A model generated the notes under the pieces. It saw nothing but the letters and a program-made list of their open reading frames with translations, had not been told where the DNA came from and made no database searches. Of a stretch of DNA of 64,000 nt, positions 23,211 through 35,668 are shown piece by piece (positions within the stretch are counted from its first letter, which is position 1; each line of letters begins with the position of its first letter). The stretch lies in contig CAVYBH010000010.1 of the NCBI GenBank assembly GCA_963766715.1, positions 48,639 through 112,638 on the forward strand. Direction: 5' to 3'. Position numbers and translations under genes: made by a program. Source of the DNA: an uncultured delta proteobacterium (GTDB lineage: Bacteria > Myxococcota > Myxococcia > Myxococcales > Anaeromyxobacteraceae).

Positions 23211-23413
23211 GGCGCTCGGTCCTCGCGCTGCGGCGGCTGGGGTTCGCGGCGGGTCGCTGCGGATGCGCCCCGCGACGAGGCCCCCACGGCGAAATGGCGA
23301 AGGCGAGCGGGGATGCGCGCCTCCAACTTCGCGTCCCTCGAATGGCCTCGCGCGAGTCGCGGCGTCACCCGCGGCGGCCCGTCCCGGCGGCGACACGGGC
23401 CAGCGGCGGCGCG

Positions 23414-25436
23414 CTACTGCGTCAGCGTCCTCTCGAGGAACGCGACGGTGGTGACGATCAGGTAGTCCCGGTTCTCCTTCTTCTGGAACCCGTGACCCTC
23501 GTCGAGCGCCAGCAGGTACCAGACGTCCTTCCCCTTTCCCTCTCACCGCCGAGACGATCTGCTCGGCCTCGCTCTGGGGAACGCGGGGATCGTTCTTGCC
23601 CTGGATGACGTAGAGCGCCGCGGAGATGCTCGCGACGTGGTTGAGGGGCGAGATGCGCTCCTGCACCACCCGCACGGCCGGGTCGCGCTCGTCCCCGTAC
23701 TCCGCCCGGCGCAGGTCGCGCCGGTACGGCGCGGTGGACTCCAGGAAGGTCGGGAGGCTGGAGATCCCGACGATGTCGACGGCGGACCGGATGCGCGCCG
23801 GGTAGAACGCCGCCGTGGCGAGCACCATGTACCCGCCGTACGAGCCGCCGAAGACGCCCACGCGCGCGGGATCGAGGTCGGCCCGCGAGGCGACGTAGTC
23901 GAGCGTGGCGCCGATGTCCCCGAGCGCCTGCTCCCGCTTCACGCCGTCGTCCATGGCCAGGTAGGCCTTCCCGTAGCCGGCCGAGCCGCGCACGTTGGGA
24001 AGGAGGACGGCGAGCCCTCCCTGCACGAGCAGCTGCGCGAGCGGCTGGAAGGTCGGTCGCTCCTGCGCCTCCGGGTCCGCCGTGCCAGGAGATGACGACG
24101 GGGCGCTTCCCGCCCGCCTTCGGCAGGTAGAGCCAGGCCGGGATCGAGACGCCGTCCGCGGCCGGGTAGCGGACCAGGATGGGCTCGACCAGCGTGGCCG
24201 GATCGATCCCGCCGAGCTCGGACCTCGTCCACCGCGCCGGGGTCTTCTTGCCCGGCGTCACCTGCCAGACGTCCCCCGGCGAGACCGGGGTCACGAGCCC
24301 CAGGAAGAGCGACGACGGGCGCGACGGCCGGGAAGCGCAGGCCCGACGCGACGCCCTGCGGGAGGTCGCCCGGCGCGAGCTTGCCGGATCGCGGCTCCAG
24401 GAAGTAGAGGCGGCTGGCGCCGTCGGCATTCACCGTCAGTGCAATCCGCCCGCCGTCCCGGGCCACCGCCAGCCCCTCGACGTCCCAGCGCAGGTTGCGG
24501 GTGAGGGGCCGCGCCGTCGCCGAGGCATCGGCCAGGTCGAGGCGATAGAGCTCGTCGTAGTCGCCCTGCCGGTCGGTGACGAAGTAGACCGACTTCCCGT
24601 CCGCCGAGAAGCGGGCCGCGCCCACCGAGGCCTTGCCCTCGGCCGGGGTCAGGGCGCGCCTCGCCCCGGTCGTGGCGTCGACGAGGAAGAGGTCGGAGTC
24701 GGCGATGGAGCGGTAGCGGCGGACGAGCAGCTGCCGCCCGTCGGCGGAGAAGTCGACGGGGTACCAGGTGCCCGGCTCCTCGAAGAGGATGCGCCCCTCG
24801 GCGGGCCGGGCGGTCGTGGCCACCACCACGTCGGTGTCCTTGCCGTTCCGGGCGGTGCTCCCGTAGGCCAGCATGCGGCCGTCCGGGGAGAGCACGAGCG
24901 ACTCGTGGCGGCTCTTCCCGTCGGTGATGCGCTCGGTCTTGCCGGTGCGCCGGTCGAGGCGGAAGACCTGCCAGTTCTCGGCCCCGCCCACGTCCCGCAG
25001 GAAGTACACCACCATCGGATCGCCGGGCAGGAAGGCGCCCTGCGACACGGGCTCGCGGCCGAAGGTGATCTGCGTCCTCGCTCCCATGGGCCGGTCGACC
25101 ACGTGGAGCTGGGAGCTCTGCCCGAAGCGGGTGGCGATGAGCACCTCGTCGCCGCTGGCCGAGACGTCGAGGAACCGCGCGGACCGCGCCTCGAGGAGCC
25201 GCTCGGCGCGCTGCCAGAGCTCCTCGGGAACGGCCGGGACGCCGACCTGCAGGAGATTGGGCCGGCCGGGCACCTGGGCCATGCCCGCGACGCCGGTCGG
25301 TGCGGGGGTGGCCGTCGCGGGCGGAGCCATCGCTCCGGCCGGCGCAGGCTGGCGCTGCGGCGGGAGGTGCCGGGGGGGCGGCGGGAGCCGTCGCCTGGGT
25401 GGCGAGGAGGGCGAGCGCGAGGGAGAGGATCTTCAT
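23414..25436 (-). CDS. Secreted S9 (prolyl oligopeptidase/acylaminoacyl peptidase) family peptidase; several frameshifts
   Basis: Signal peptide MKILSLALALLATQA; beta-propeller; WHGGP, PNVRGSAGYG, GGSYGGY, QGKNDPRVP, EGHGF. Confidence 0.88.
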
Positions 25437-26300
25437 GTGGGGAGCCTCGTGGATGGCTGGGTGAGGTCTCTCGGAGATCTGCCAGAGACGGAGGGCCGCG
25501 TCACCGTCCTGTGCGGCCCGCGCCGGCGCCTTCTCCCGGCAGTCGGAGAAGTACCGGCCGGTCACGCCCTGCAGCTCGGGCGACGTGGCGACGTGGAGGG
25601 TCGTCCGCGCCCCCTTCTCCGGCGAGGAGAGCAGTGGCGCCCCGAGGGCCACCAGCCAGCTGAAGAGGCCGCGCCCGTTCCGCCCGAAACCGGAGGCGAT
25701 GACGCCCGGATGGAGGGCGTTGGCGGTCACGTCGCGGCTGCCCAGGCGCCGGGCCAGCTCCCGGGTGAAGAGGACGTTGGCGAGCTTGGACTGCTGGTAG
25801 GCCTTCCACATCGAGTAGCCCCGCTCGCCCTGCAGGTCGTCGAAGTCGATCCGGCCCCGCTCGTGGGCCACCGAGGCCACGTTGACGATCCGCGACCGGG
25901 GAGCCTGCTCGAGGAGGGGGAGCAGCTCGAGGGTCAGGTGGAAGTAGGCCAGGTGGTTGAGCGCGAAGGTCATCTCCAGGCCGTCGGCGGAGACCTCCCG
26001 CTCGGCGAAGATGGCCCCGGCGTTGTTCACGAGCAGGTCGAGGCGCGGCGTCCGCTCGCGGACCTCCCGGGCCAGCCGGCGCACCTCCGCCTGGGAGGAC
26101 AGGTCGCCGAGCAGGACGTCCGGCGCCGGAGCCCCCGTGGCGTCCCGGATCCCGGCGGCCGTGGCCTGGCCCCGGGCCCGGTCGCGGGCGACGATGAGGA
26201 CCCTGGCGCCCCTCCGGGCCAGCTCCTGGGCCGTGACCCGCCCGATGCCGTTCGTCGCGCCCGTGACCAGGGCGATCCTGCCTTCCAGGCTGCTCACCAT
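25433..26300 (-). CDS. Short-chain dehydrogenase/reductase (retinol dehydrogenase-like); stop inferred after a frameshift near 25468
   Basis: TGATNGIG, LVNNAG, YQQSK, ANALHPG, GRYFSDC. Confidence 0.9.
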
Positions 26301-26389
26301 CGAACCTCCGTTCCGCCCTCGACCGGACCCTCCCCCTAATCGCTCTCCGAGGGGGCAGCACGGCCGACGCCGGGGGTTAAGATAGGTGA

Positions 26390-26714
26390 ATGTCCGAGAG
26401 GGGCCGCCCGGGGGGCGACAGCGAAACCGTCACCCGGACACGGTCGGAATCCCAAGACCCGTGTCCCCCCCCTGTACAAGGTGCTGTTGCACAACGACGA
26501 CTACACGACCATGGAATTCGTCGTGCAAGTGCTCGAGGAGGTCTTCGGCCACCCGTCGCCGGTGGCCGCGCGGATCATGCTGTCCATCCATCACCGCGGC
26601 GTCGGCGTGGCGGGGGTCTTCCCCTACGAGATCGCCGAGACCAAGGCGAACAAGGTGATGGATCTGGCCCGCGCCGCCGAATATCCCCTTCTCTGTACGG
26701 TCGAGCCCGAGTAG
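26390..26714 (+). CDS. clpS: ATP-dependent Clp protease adaptor ClpS; frameshift near 26460-26472
   Basis: YKVLLHNDDYTTMEFVV, IAETK, YPLLCTVE; directly upstream of clpA. Confidence 0.92.
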
Positions 26715-26740
26715 CAGGAGAATCACCCGAGTAGCAGGAG
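26706..26740 (+). repeat. 15-bp direct repeat spanning the clpS stop and clpA RBS
   Basis: CCCGAGTAGCAGGAG at 26706-26720 and 26726-26740. Confidence 0.85.
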
Positions 26741-26745
26741 CGTCG

Positions 26746-29019
<2,274 letters not shown>

Positions 29020-29062
29020 GCGCCCCCGGAGCGCCGGGCGTCGACGCGTGGTAGAAGGCGCC

Positions 29063-31639
29063 GTGCGCCCGCTCCCGGTCGACGCCATCCTGCCGGACGT
29101 CGTCTCGGCGCTTCGCCGCGGCCGATCGCTCGTCGTCGAGGCGCCTCCGGGCGCCGGCAAGACCACCCGCATCCCCCCTGCCCTGCTCGCGGCCGGCCTG
29201 GCCGGACGGGGCGAGGTCGTGGTCCTCGAGCCCCGGCGGCTGGCGGCGCGGATGGCCGCGCGACGGGTGGCCGAGGAGCTGGGGGAACGGCCGGGCCAGA
29301 CGGTGGGCTGGCAGGTCCGCTTCGAGGAGGTCTCCGGACCGGACACGCGCCTGCGCTACGTCACCGAGGGGCTCCTCACCCGGCGGCTCGTCGCCGACCC
29401 CGGCCTCCCCGGCGTGGGCGCGGTGGTGCTCGACGAGTTCCACGAGCGACACCTCCAGGGAGACCTGGCGCTCGCGCTCCTGCGCCGCCTCCAGGAGGGC
29501 TCGCGCCCCGACCTGAAGCTCGTCGTCATGTCCGCGACCCTCGACGCGGGGCCGGTGGCCCGCTACCTCGGCGCGCCCTCGCTGCGATCGGAGGGGCGCC
29601 TGTTCGAGATCGCCGTCGAGTACCTGTCGCCTGCCGACGCGGCGAAGGACGAGCGGCTCGAGGACCGGGTGGCCTCGGCCGTCCGGCGGCTCGTCGGCGA
29701 GGCTCCGGACGGGGACGTCCTCGTCTTCCTCCCGGGCATGGCGGAGATCCGGCGCGCCGCGCAGGCGTGCGCCCCGCTGGCCGCCCGGACCGGGCTCGAC
29801 GTCCTTCCCCTGCACGGGGATCTCTCCCCGGAGGAGCAGGACCGCGCGGTGCGTCCCGGCCCGCGGCGCAAGGTCATCCTCTCCACCAACGTCGCCGAGA
29901 CCTCGGTCACCATCGAGGGAGTGACCGCCGTCGTGGACTCGGGCCTGGCCCGCGTCGCCTCCCACTCCCCGTGGTCCGGGCTGCCGCGCCTCGAGGTGCG
30001 CCGGGTATCCAGGGCGTCGGCCACCCAGCGGGCCGGGCGCGCGGGGCGGACCGCGCCGGGGCGCTGCCTCCGGCTCTACACCCGCCACGACTTCGACACC
30101 CGGCCGGAGTTCGACCTGCCGGAGATCCTGCGCGAGGACCTCTCCGAGACCCTCCTCTCCGTGGCCTCGCTGGGGCTCGGCGGCCTCGAGTGGCTCGACC
30201 CGCCCCCGGCCGCCGCCGCGGAGGCCGCCACCACCCTGCTGCGCGCCCTCGGCGCGCTGGCCCCGGACGGCGCCATCTCGCCGCTCGGCCGGCGCCTGCT
30301 CCGCTTTCCGCTCCATCCCCGCCTGGCGAGGCTGGTGGTGGAGGCCGACCAGCGAGGCGCGGGCTCGGCGGGCGCGCTCCTCGCCGCCCTGCTCGCCGAG
30401 CGGGACATCCGGGAGCGGGCGCCCGACCGGGGCCGGGGCACGCCTCCCACCGGTCCGTCGGACCTGCTCGAGCTGGCGCACCTCTTCGAGGAGGCGTCGC
30501 GCGCCCGGTTCGATCCGGGCCGCGTCCGCTCGGCCGGTCTCTCCCCCGGGGCGCTCCAGGCCGTCGATCGGAGCCAGCGGCAGATGGCCCAGCTCCTGGG
30601 GCGGGGACGGGCCCGGACGGCCGCCGAGACCTCGGAGGACGCGCTCCTCCTGGCCACGCTCGCCGCCTACCCCGACCGCGTGGCGCGCCGCCGGGCAGCG
30701 GGGAGCGCGGAGGTGGTCCTCGCGGGCGGCGGCTCCGCCAGGCTGGACGAGGCGAGCGTGGTCCGCGACGCCCCCTTCCTCGTGGCCGTCGACGCCGACG
30801 AGCGGCGGGATCGGCGCGTTCCCGGAGCGGGCCCTGCCCCGGGCCGCGGGGGCGGTGCGCTCGTCCGCGTCGCGTCGGTGGTCACGCCCGAGATGCTCCT
30901 CGAGCTCTTCCCGGACGAGCTTCGGTGGGAGGAGGAGCTCTCCTGGAACGCCGAGGCCGAGCGGGTCGACGCCTTCGAGCGGATGCGCTACCGGGACCTC
31001 GTCCTCGAGGAGTCGCGCGTTCCGGTCCCGGACGCCGGGCGCGCGGCCGCGGTCCTGGCCGAGGCGGCCCTGGCCCGGGGGGCGCGCAGCTTCGGCGAGG
31101 AGGGCGAGATCAATCGCCTGCTGGCGCGCATCGCCTTCGCGTCCCGCGCGGCGCCGGAGAGCGGCATCGCCGCGCCCGGGGAGGAGGACGTGTCGGCCGC
31201 GCTGCGGGAGGCCTGCGAGGGTCGCCGCAGCTTCGCGGAGCTGCGGGAGGCGGGAATCGGACAGGCGCTGCTCGGGCGGCTTCCCCCGGACCGGCGGGCG
31301 CTCCTGGAGCGGCTCGCCCCGGAACGGATCACGCTGGCGGGCGGCCGGGGCCTTCGGGTGAACTACGAGGCCGGGGACAAGCCCCCCTGGGTCGAGAGCC
31401 GGCTCCAGGACTTCTTCGGCTCGCTCCGCGGGCCGGCGGTGGGGGCGGGGCGCGTGCCGCTCGTCCTCCACCTGCTCGCGCCCAACATGCGCGCCGTGCA
31501 GGTGACGACCGACCTGGCCGGGTTCTGGGAGCGCCACTACCCGGCCCTCCGGCGAGAGCTGATGCGCCGCTACCCGCGCCACGCCTGGCCGGAGGATCCG
31601 CGGACCGCCGTGCCGCCGGAACCTCGCGGTCGCCGCTGA
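29063..31639 (+). CDS. hrpB: ATP-dependent RNA helicase HrpB
   Basis: APPGAGKTT, DEFHER, MSATL, QRAGRAGR, RLQDFFG, VQVTTDLAGFW, RRYPRHAWP; start at GTG 29063 or 29048. Confidence 0.95.
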   Translation: MRPLPVDAILPDVVSALRRGRSLVVEAPPGAGKTTRIPPALLAAGLAGRGEVVVLEPRRLAARMAARRVAEELGERPGQTVGWQVRFEEVSGPDTRLRYVTEGLLTRRLVADPGLPGVGAVVLDEFHERHLQGDLALALLRRLQEGSRPDLKLVVMSATLDAGPVARYLGAPSLRSEGRLFEIAVEYLSPADAAKDERLEDRVASAVRRLVGEAPDGDVLVFLPGMAEIRRAAQACAPLAARTGLDVLPLHGDLSPEEQDRAVRPGPRRKVILSTNVAETSVTIEGVTAVVDSGLARVASHSPWSGLPRLEVRRVSRASATQRAGRAGRTAPGRCLRLYTRHDFDTRPEFDLPEILREDLSETLLSVASLGLGGLEWLDPPPAAAAEAATTLLRALGALAPDGAISPLGRRLLRFPLHPRLARLVVEADQRGAGSAGALLAALLAERDIRERAPDRGRGTPPTGPSDLLELAHLFEEASRARFDPGRVRSAGLSPGALQAVDRSQRQMAQLLGRGRARTAAETSEDALLLATLAAYPDRVARRRAAGSAEVVLAGGGSARLDEASVVRDAPFLVAVDADERRDRRVPGAGPAPGRGGGALVRVASVVTPEMLLELFPDELRWEEELSWNAEAERVDAFERMRYRDLVLEESRVPVPDAGRAAAVLAEAALARGARSFGEEGEINRLLARIAFASRAAPESGIAAPGEEDVSAALREACEGRRSFAELREAGIGQALLGRLPPDRRALLERLAPERITLAGGRGLRVNYEAGDKPPWVESRLQDFFGSLRGPAVGAGRVPLVLHLLAPNMRAVQVTTDLAGFWERHYPALRRELMRRYPRHAWPEDPRTAVPPEPRGRR

Positions 31640-31660
31640 CCGGGCCTCCCCGGTGCGCTG

Positions 31661-32326
31661 CTAACCGGCCAGCGCCCGCACCGCGCCCGCCGCCACCGCG
31701 TAGTGGAGACCGGCGGCGGCGATGACGAGCGCGTGGAACACCTCGTGGTACCCGAAGACGCGCGGGAACGGGTCGGGGCGGCGGGTGGCGTAGATGACCG
31801 CACCCACGCTGTAGAGGACGCCGCCGGCGGCGAGGAGCGCGAGCGACACCCCGCCGAGCGCGCGGTACATGGCCGGGACGAGCGGCACCACGGCCCAGCC
31901 GAGGAGCAGGTACAGCGCGGTGGCCACGATCCGCGGCGCCTTCGGCCAGACGAGCGCGCGAAGGACCCCCAGCCCGGCGCCCACCCACACCACCGCCAGC
32001 ATCGTCCGCGCGCGGGCGTCGCCGAGGAGGAGGCACAGCGGCGTGAAGGTCCCGGCGATGAGCAGGAAGATGGCGGAGTGATCGAGCCGGCGCATCCACA
32101 GCCGCGCCCGGGGGCTCCAGGTGGGACGGTGGTAGAGGGCGCTCACCGAGAAGAGCGCCACCAGGCTGAGCCCGTAGACGAGCGCGCCCACCCGGGCCCG
32201 GGGTCCGGGCGCGAGGAGGACGAGCGCCACCAGGCCGGCCAGCGCGACGCCGGCGGCGATCTCGTGGGACACGCCGCGCAGGAGCGGCTTCGGGCGGGGC
32301 GGCGGCGGGGAAGCGGGATGGGCCAT
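31661..32326 (-). CDS. Hemolysin III/PAQR-family membrane protein
   Basis: SALYH, RRLDHSAIFLLIAGTFTP, GYHEVFHALV. Confidence 0.92.
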   Translation of the reverse strand: MAHPASPPPPRPKPLLRGVSHEIAAGVALAGLVALVLLAPGPRARVGALVYGLSLVALFSVSALYHRPTWSPRARLWMRRLDHSAIFLLIAGTFTPLCLLLGDARARTMLAVVWVGAGLGVLRALVWPKAPRIVATALYLLLGWAVVPLVPAMYRALGGVSLALLAAGGVLYSVGAVIYATRRPDPFPRVFGYHEVFHALVIAAAGLHYAVAAGAVRALAG

Positions 32327-32374
32327 CGCAGGTGAACCTAGTCACGCCGCGTCACCCGCGTGTCACGGGCCCGC

Positions 32375-32893
32375 CTATTTCGCGGGGAGCTTGAGTCCCA
32401 TGCCGATCATGGCGAGCAGGGCCTCGGCGTTGGCCTTGGCGTCGTTCACCGGATCGTGGTCCGAGACGGTCTTCCGGAGGTGCTTCCAGGTGGCGTAGCC
32501 GTCCTTGACCATCCCGCAGTAGAGGTCGCCGATGCGGCGCCCCGACCAGCCGAAGGGGTTGCGGCCCAGGAAGGTGTGGAAGTACCAGTTCACGTACTGC
32601 CAGTCGAAGGCCAGGTTGTCGGAGGCGAACACCGGCTTCCCCTTCGAGTTCTCGATCACCCAGGCCTCGAAGCGCTCCATCACCTCGCGGGGATCGTCGA
32701 AGGCCTCGTGCTCCGGCCGCCCGAAGCCGCTCACCGCGAGCGCCTCGGGGAGCCACTCCCTCGAGATGGGGCGCGTCCGCCCGTAGAAGGTCCGGGAGAG
32801 CGTGGGCTCCACGACCACCGCGCCCAGGCACACCATGGAGTACTTGCCCGGGATGGGCCCGTCGGCCTCGACGTCGACGACGATGAGGGACAT
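32375..32893 (-). CDS. DEDDh 3'-5' exonuclease (Rv2179c/RNase AS-like)
   Basis: VVDVEADG, AFDWQY, HDPVNDA. Confidence 0.8.
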   Translation of the reverse strand: MSLIVVDVEADGPIPGKYSMVCLGAVVVEPTLSRTFYGRTRPISREWLPEALAVSGFGRPEHEAFDDPREVMERFEAWVIENSKGKPVFASDNLAFDWQYVNWYFHTFLGRNPFGWSGRRIGDLYCGMVKDGYATWKHLRKTVSDHDPVNDAKANAEALLAMIGMGLKLPAK

Positions 32894-32920
32894 GTCAGCG
32901 TTCCAGCCCGGGCACGGCGG

Positions 32921-34345
32921 CTAGCCTCCCACGGCGTGGGCCGCGTCCTGCAGCTCGAGCCAGAGCGCCTCCAGGTGGCGCCGCTCGGTCGCCTCGGCGC
33001 CCACCGAGACCCGGAGCGTCTGCTGCCCCTTCAGCACGCTGGGCGTCAGGTAGGCCCGCCCTCCGTCATTCACCTTCCGTGCAATGGCCAGGTTGTGGGC
33101 CGCGAGGTGCGCCTCGTCGGTCACCCCGTGCGGGACGTGACGGAGGGTGACCGTCTGGAGCGGGACCGGGGCCAGCCGCTCCCACCCCGCCGCCTCGTCG
33201 ATGCGGTCGGCCAGCCAGTGGGCGTTCCCCACGTCGCGCCGGATGCGGGCCCGCAGGCCGTCGACGCCGACGTCGAGCAGGAAGAACCAGAGCTTGAGGG
33301 CGCGGAAGCGGCGTCCCAGCGGGATCCCCCAGTCCCGGAAGTTCTTCACCTCGGCGTCGTGGGCGGTGCGCAGGTAGCTCGGGTTCGTCGACATCACCCG
33401 GACCAGGTGCTGCGGGTCGCGGATGAAGTACGCCGAGAGGTCGAACCCGGTGCCCATCCACTTGTGCGGATTGAAGACCAGCGAGTCGACCTCCTCCACC
33501 CCGCGCCACATCCAGCGGTACTCGGGCTCGACCATGGCGGTGCCGGCCAGCGCGGCGTCGAGGTGCAGCCACAGGCCGTGCCGCTTGGCCACCCCGGCGA
33601 TCCCGGCGACCGGATCGAGGGCGGTGGTCCCGGTGGTCCCGGTGGTGGCGACCACCGCACAGGGGCGCAGGCCGCTCGCCCGGTCGGCCTCGATGGCCTC
33701 GGCCAGCGCGTCGATCCGCATGGCGTGCGCCCGGTCGGTGGCCACGAGCCGGAGGTGGCGCTTGCCGAAGCCGGCCAGGAGCGCGTCCTTCTCGATGGAG
33801 CTGTGGGCCTGGTCGGAGGCGTAGACCACCATGGGGGCCTCGCCGCCCTGCAGCCCCGGCCCGTTCTGCGAGAAGCCGCTCGTCCGCTCGCGGGCGCAGA
33901 GCAGCGCGGTCAGCGTGGAGGTGGACGCGGTGTCCTGGATCACGCCGGTGAAGGTCGAGGGCAGCCCGACCATCTGGCGGAGCCAGTCCATCACCACCTC
34001 CTCCACCTCGGTGGCCGCCGGCGACGTCTGCCAGCTCATCCCCTGGACCCCCAGCCCGGCGCAGACGAGGTCGGCGAGCACGGAGGCGTAGCTGGTGTTG
34101 GTGGGGAAGTAGGCGAAGAAGGACGGGTGATTCCAGTGGGTGATGCCCGGGAGCACGAGCTCGTCGAGCGCGGCCAGGGCCTCGGGCAGCTTCCCCCCGG
34201 CGGCGGGCGGCTCGGAGGGGAAGCGCGCGCGGATCTCGCCGGGCCTGACCCGGCTCATCACCGGGAACGACTCGAGCCGATCGCGGTAGTCGGCGATCCA
34301 GTCCACCAGCTGGTGACCCAGCTTCCGGAAGTCGTCGGAGTCCAT
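32921..34345 (-). CDS. PLP-dependent group II (aromatic amino acid-type) decarboxylase
   Basis: PGITHWNHP, SPAATEVE, AHSSIEK, HLDAA, FNPHKW, LGRRFRALKLW. Confidence 0.92.
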   Translation of the reverse strand: MDSDDFRKLGHQLVDWIADYRDRLESFPVMSRVRPGEIRARFPSEPPAAGGKLPEALAALDELVLPGITHWNHPSFFAYFPTNTSYASVLADLVCAGLGVQGMSWQTSPAATEVEEVVMDWLRQMVGLPSTFTGVIQDTASTSTLTALLCARERTSGFSQNGPGLQGGEAPMVVYASDQAHSSIEKDALLAGFGKRHLRLVATDRAHAMRIDALAEAIEADRASGLRPCAVVATTGTTGTTALDPVAGIAGVAKRHGLWLHLDAALAGTAMVEPEYRWMWRGVEEVDSLVFNPHKWMGTGFDLSAYFIRDPQHLVRVMSTNPSYLRTAHDAEVKNFRDWGIPLGRRFRALKLWFFLLDVGVDGLRARIRRDVGNAHWLADRIDEAAGWERLAPVPLQTVTLRHVPHGVTDEAHLAAHNLAIARKVNDGGRAYLTPSVLKGQQTLRVSVGAEATERRHLEALWLELQDAAHAVGG

Positions 34346-34387
34346 GCGGTGGGGATACCACCTTCCCCCTCGACCGCGAAAGCGCGC

Positions 34388-35641
34388 TCAGACGTCGAGC
34401 ATCAGCCGGCTGGGCTCCTCGATGAGCTCCTTCACCTTGACGAGGAAGCCGACCGCCTCCCGCCCGTCGATGATCCGGTGGTCGTAGGAGAGCGCGAGGT
34501 ACATCATCGGGCGCACCACCACCGTGTCGTCCGGGCCCACCACCGGCTTCTTCTGGATCTTGTGGAGACCGAGGATCCCGCTCTGCGGCGTGTTGAGGAT
34601 CGGGGTGGACAGCATGGACCCGTAGATCCCGCCGTTGGAGATGGTGAAGGTCCCGCCGGACAGGTCCTCCATGGTGATGCGGTTCTCCCGCGCCCGCTTC
34701 GCCAGCTCGGCGATGGAGAGCTCGATCTGGGCGAGCGAGAGCTGGTCGGCGTCCCGGATGACCGGCACCACCAGCCCCTTGCCGCCGCCCACGGCGACGC
34801 CCACGTCGTAGTGATCCTTGAAGAGGACCGCGTCCCCGCGCACCTCGGCGTTGACCGATGGGAACGCGGCCAGCGCCTCCACCGCGGCCTTCACGAAGAA
34901 GCCCATGAAGCCCAGCTTGATCCCGTGCTTCTCGTGGAAGGCCTGGCCGTAGCGTTCGCGGAGCTCCATCACCCGCGACATGTCCACCTCGTTGAAGGTG
35001 GTGAGGATGGCGGCGCTCTCCTGGGCCTCGAGCAGGCGCCGGGCGACGGTGCGGCGGAGCGGCGACATGGGGACGAGCCGCTCGCGGGGGCCGGGAGGCG
35101 GGAGAGTCCGCCGGCGCCAGCGTGGCCTTGCCCGCGGCGCCGTCGAGGAGCCGGAGGAGGTCCCCCTTCCCGAGGCCGTGCTCGGCGAGAAGCTTTCGCG
35201 CGGCGGGCGTGAGACGGACGTCGCCTCCACCCTCCGTGCGGGCCTCGGTCGCCCGCGCCAGCGGGGGCGCGGCGGCAGCCCTCGGCGCGGGGGGCGGCGG
35301 GGCCGGGGGCTTCGGAGGGGCCGAGGCGGCCGGTGCAGGCGGGGCGGGCGGCGGGGCGGCGGCGGGCGGGCGGCGGGCCCGGCAGCGCCGGTCGCCGCGA
35401 CCGCACCGGCCTCGATCTCGCCCAGGGCCTGGCCCACGGCGACCGTGGCGCCGGTCTGGACCAGCACCTTCCGGAGCACGCCAGCGGCGGGCGCCGGCAC
35501 GGCGACGGTGGCCTTCTCGCTCTCGACCTCGACCACCGGCTCGTCGAGCGCGACGGCCTCGCCTTCCTTCTTCAGCCACTGTCCGACCTGCGCCTGCGTG
35601 ACGCTCTCGCCCAGCGACGGGACCTTCAGCTCGACGGCCAT
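34388..35641 (-). CDS. sucB: 2-oxoglutarate dehydrogenase E2 (dihydrolipoamide succinyltransferase); linker probably has compensating indels
   Basis: Lipoyl domain [40 protein letters not shown]. Confidence 0.94.
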   Translation of the reverse strand: MAVELKVPSLGESVTQAQVGQWLKKEGEAVALDEPVVEVESEKATVAVPAPAAGVLRKVLVQTGATVAVGQALGEIEAGAVAATGAAGPAARPPPPRRPPRLHRPPRPLRSPRPRRPPRRGLPPRPRWRGRPRPARRVEATSVSRPPRESFSPSTASGRGTSSGSSTAPRARPRWRRRTLPPPGPRERLVPMSPLRRTVARRLLEAQESAAILTTFNEVDMSRVMELRERYGQAFHEKHGIKLGFMGFFVKAAVEALAAFPSVNAEVRGDAVLFKDHYDVGVAVGGGKGLVVPVIRDADQLSLAQIELSIAELAKRARENRITMEDLSGGTFTISNGGIYGSMLSTPILNTPQSGILGLHKIQKKPVVGPDDTVVVRPMMYLALSYDHRIIDGREAVGFLVKVKELIEEPSRLMLDV

Positions 35642-35668
35642 GGGTTCACATCCCTCCCGGAAATCGGA

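Noticed and set aside
23140..23230. Possible CRISPR array
   Set aside because: Repeats are 20 nt with 4-7 nt spacers and there are no cas genes in the window
24291..26300. SDR fused to the S9 peptidase signal peptide
   Set aside because: An extra base near 25468 explains it; correcting it gives a normal ATGA stop/start overlap at 25433-25436
32360..35212. Long antisense or alternate-frame ORFs (this one and many similar)
   Set aside because: Expected shadow ORFs in high-GC DNA; Arg/Gly/Pro-rich with no motifs and overlapping well-supported genes
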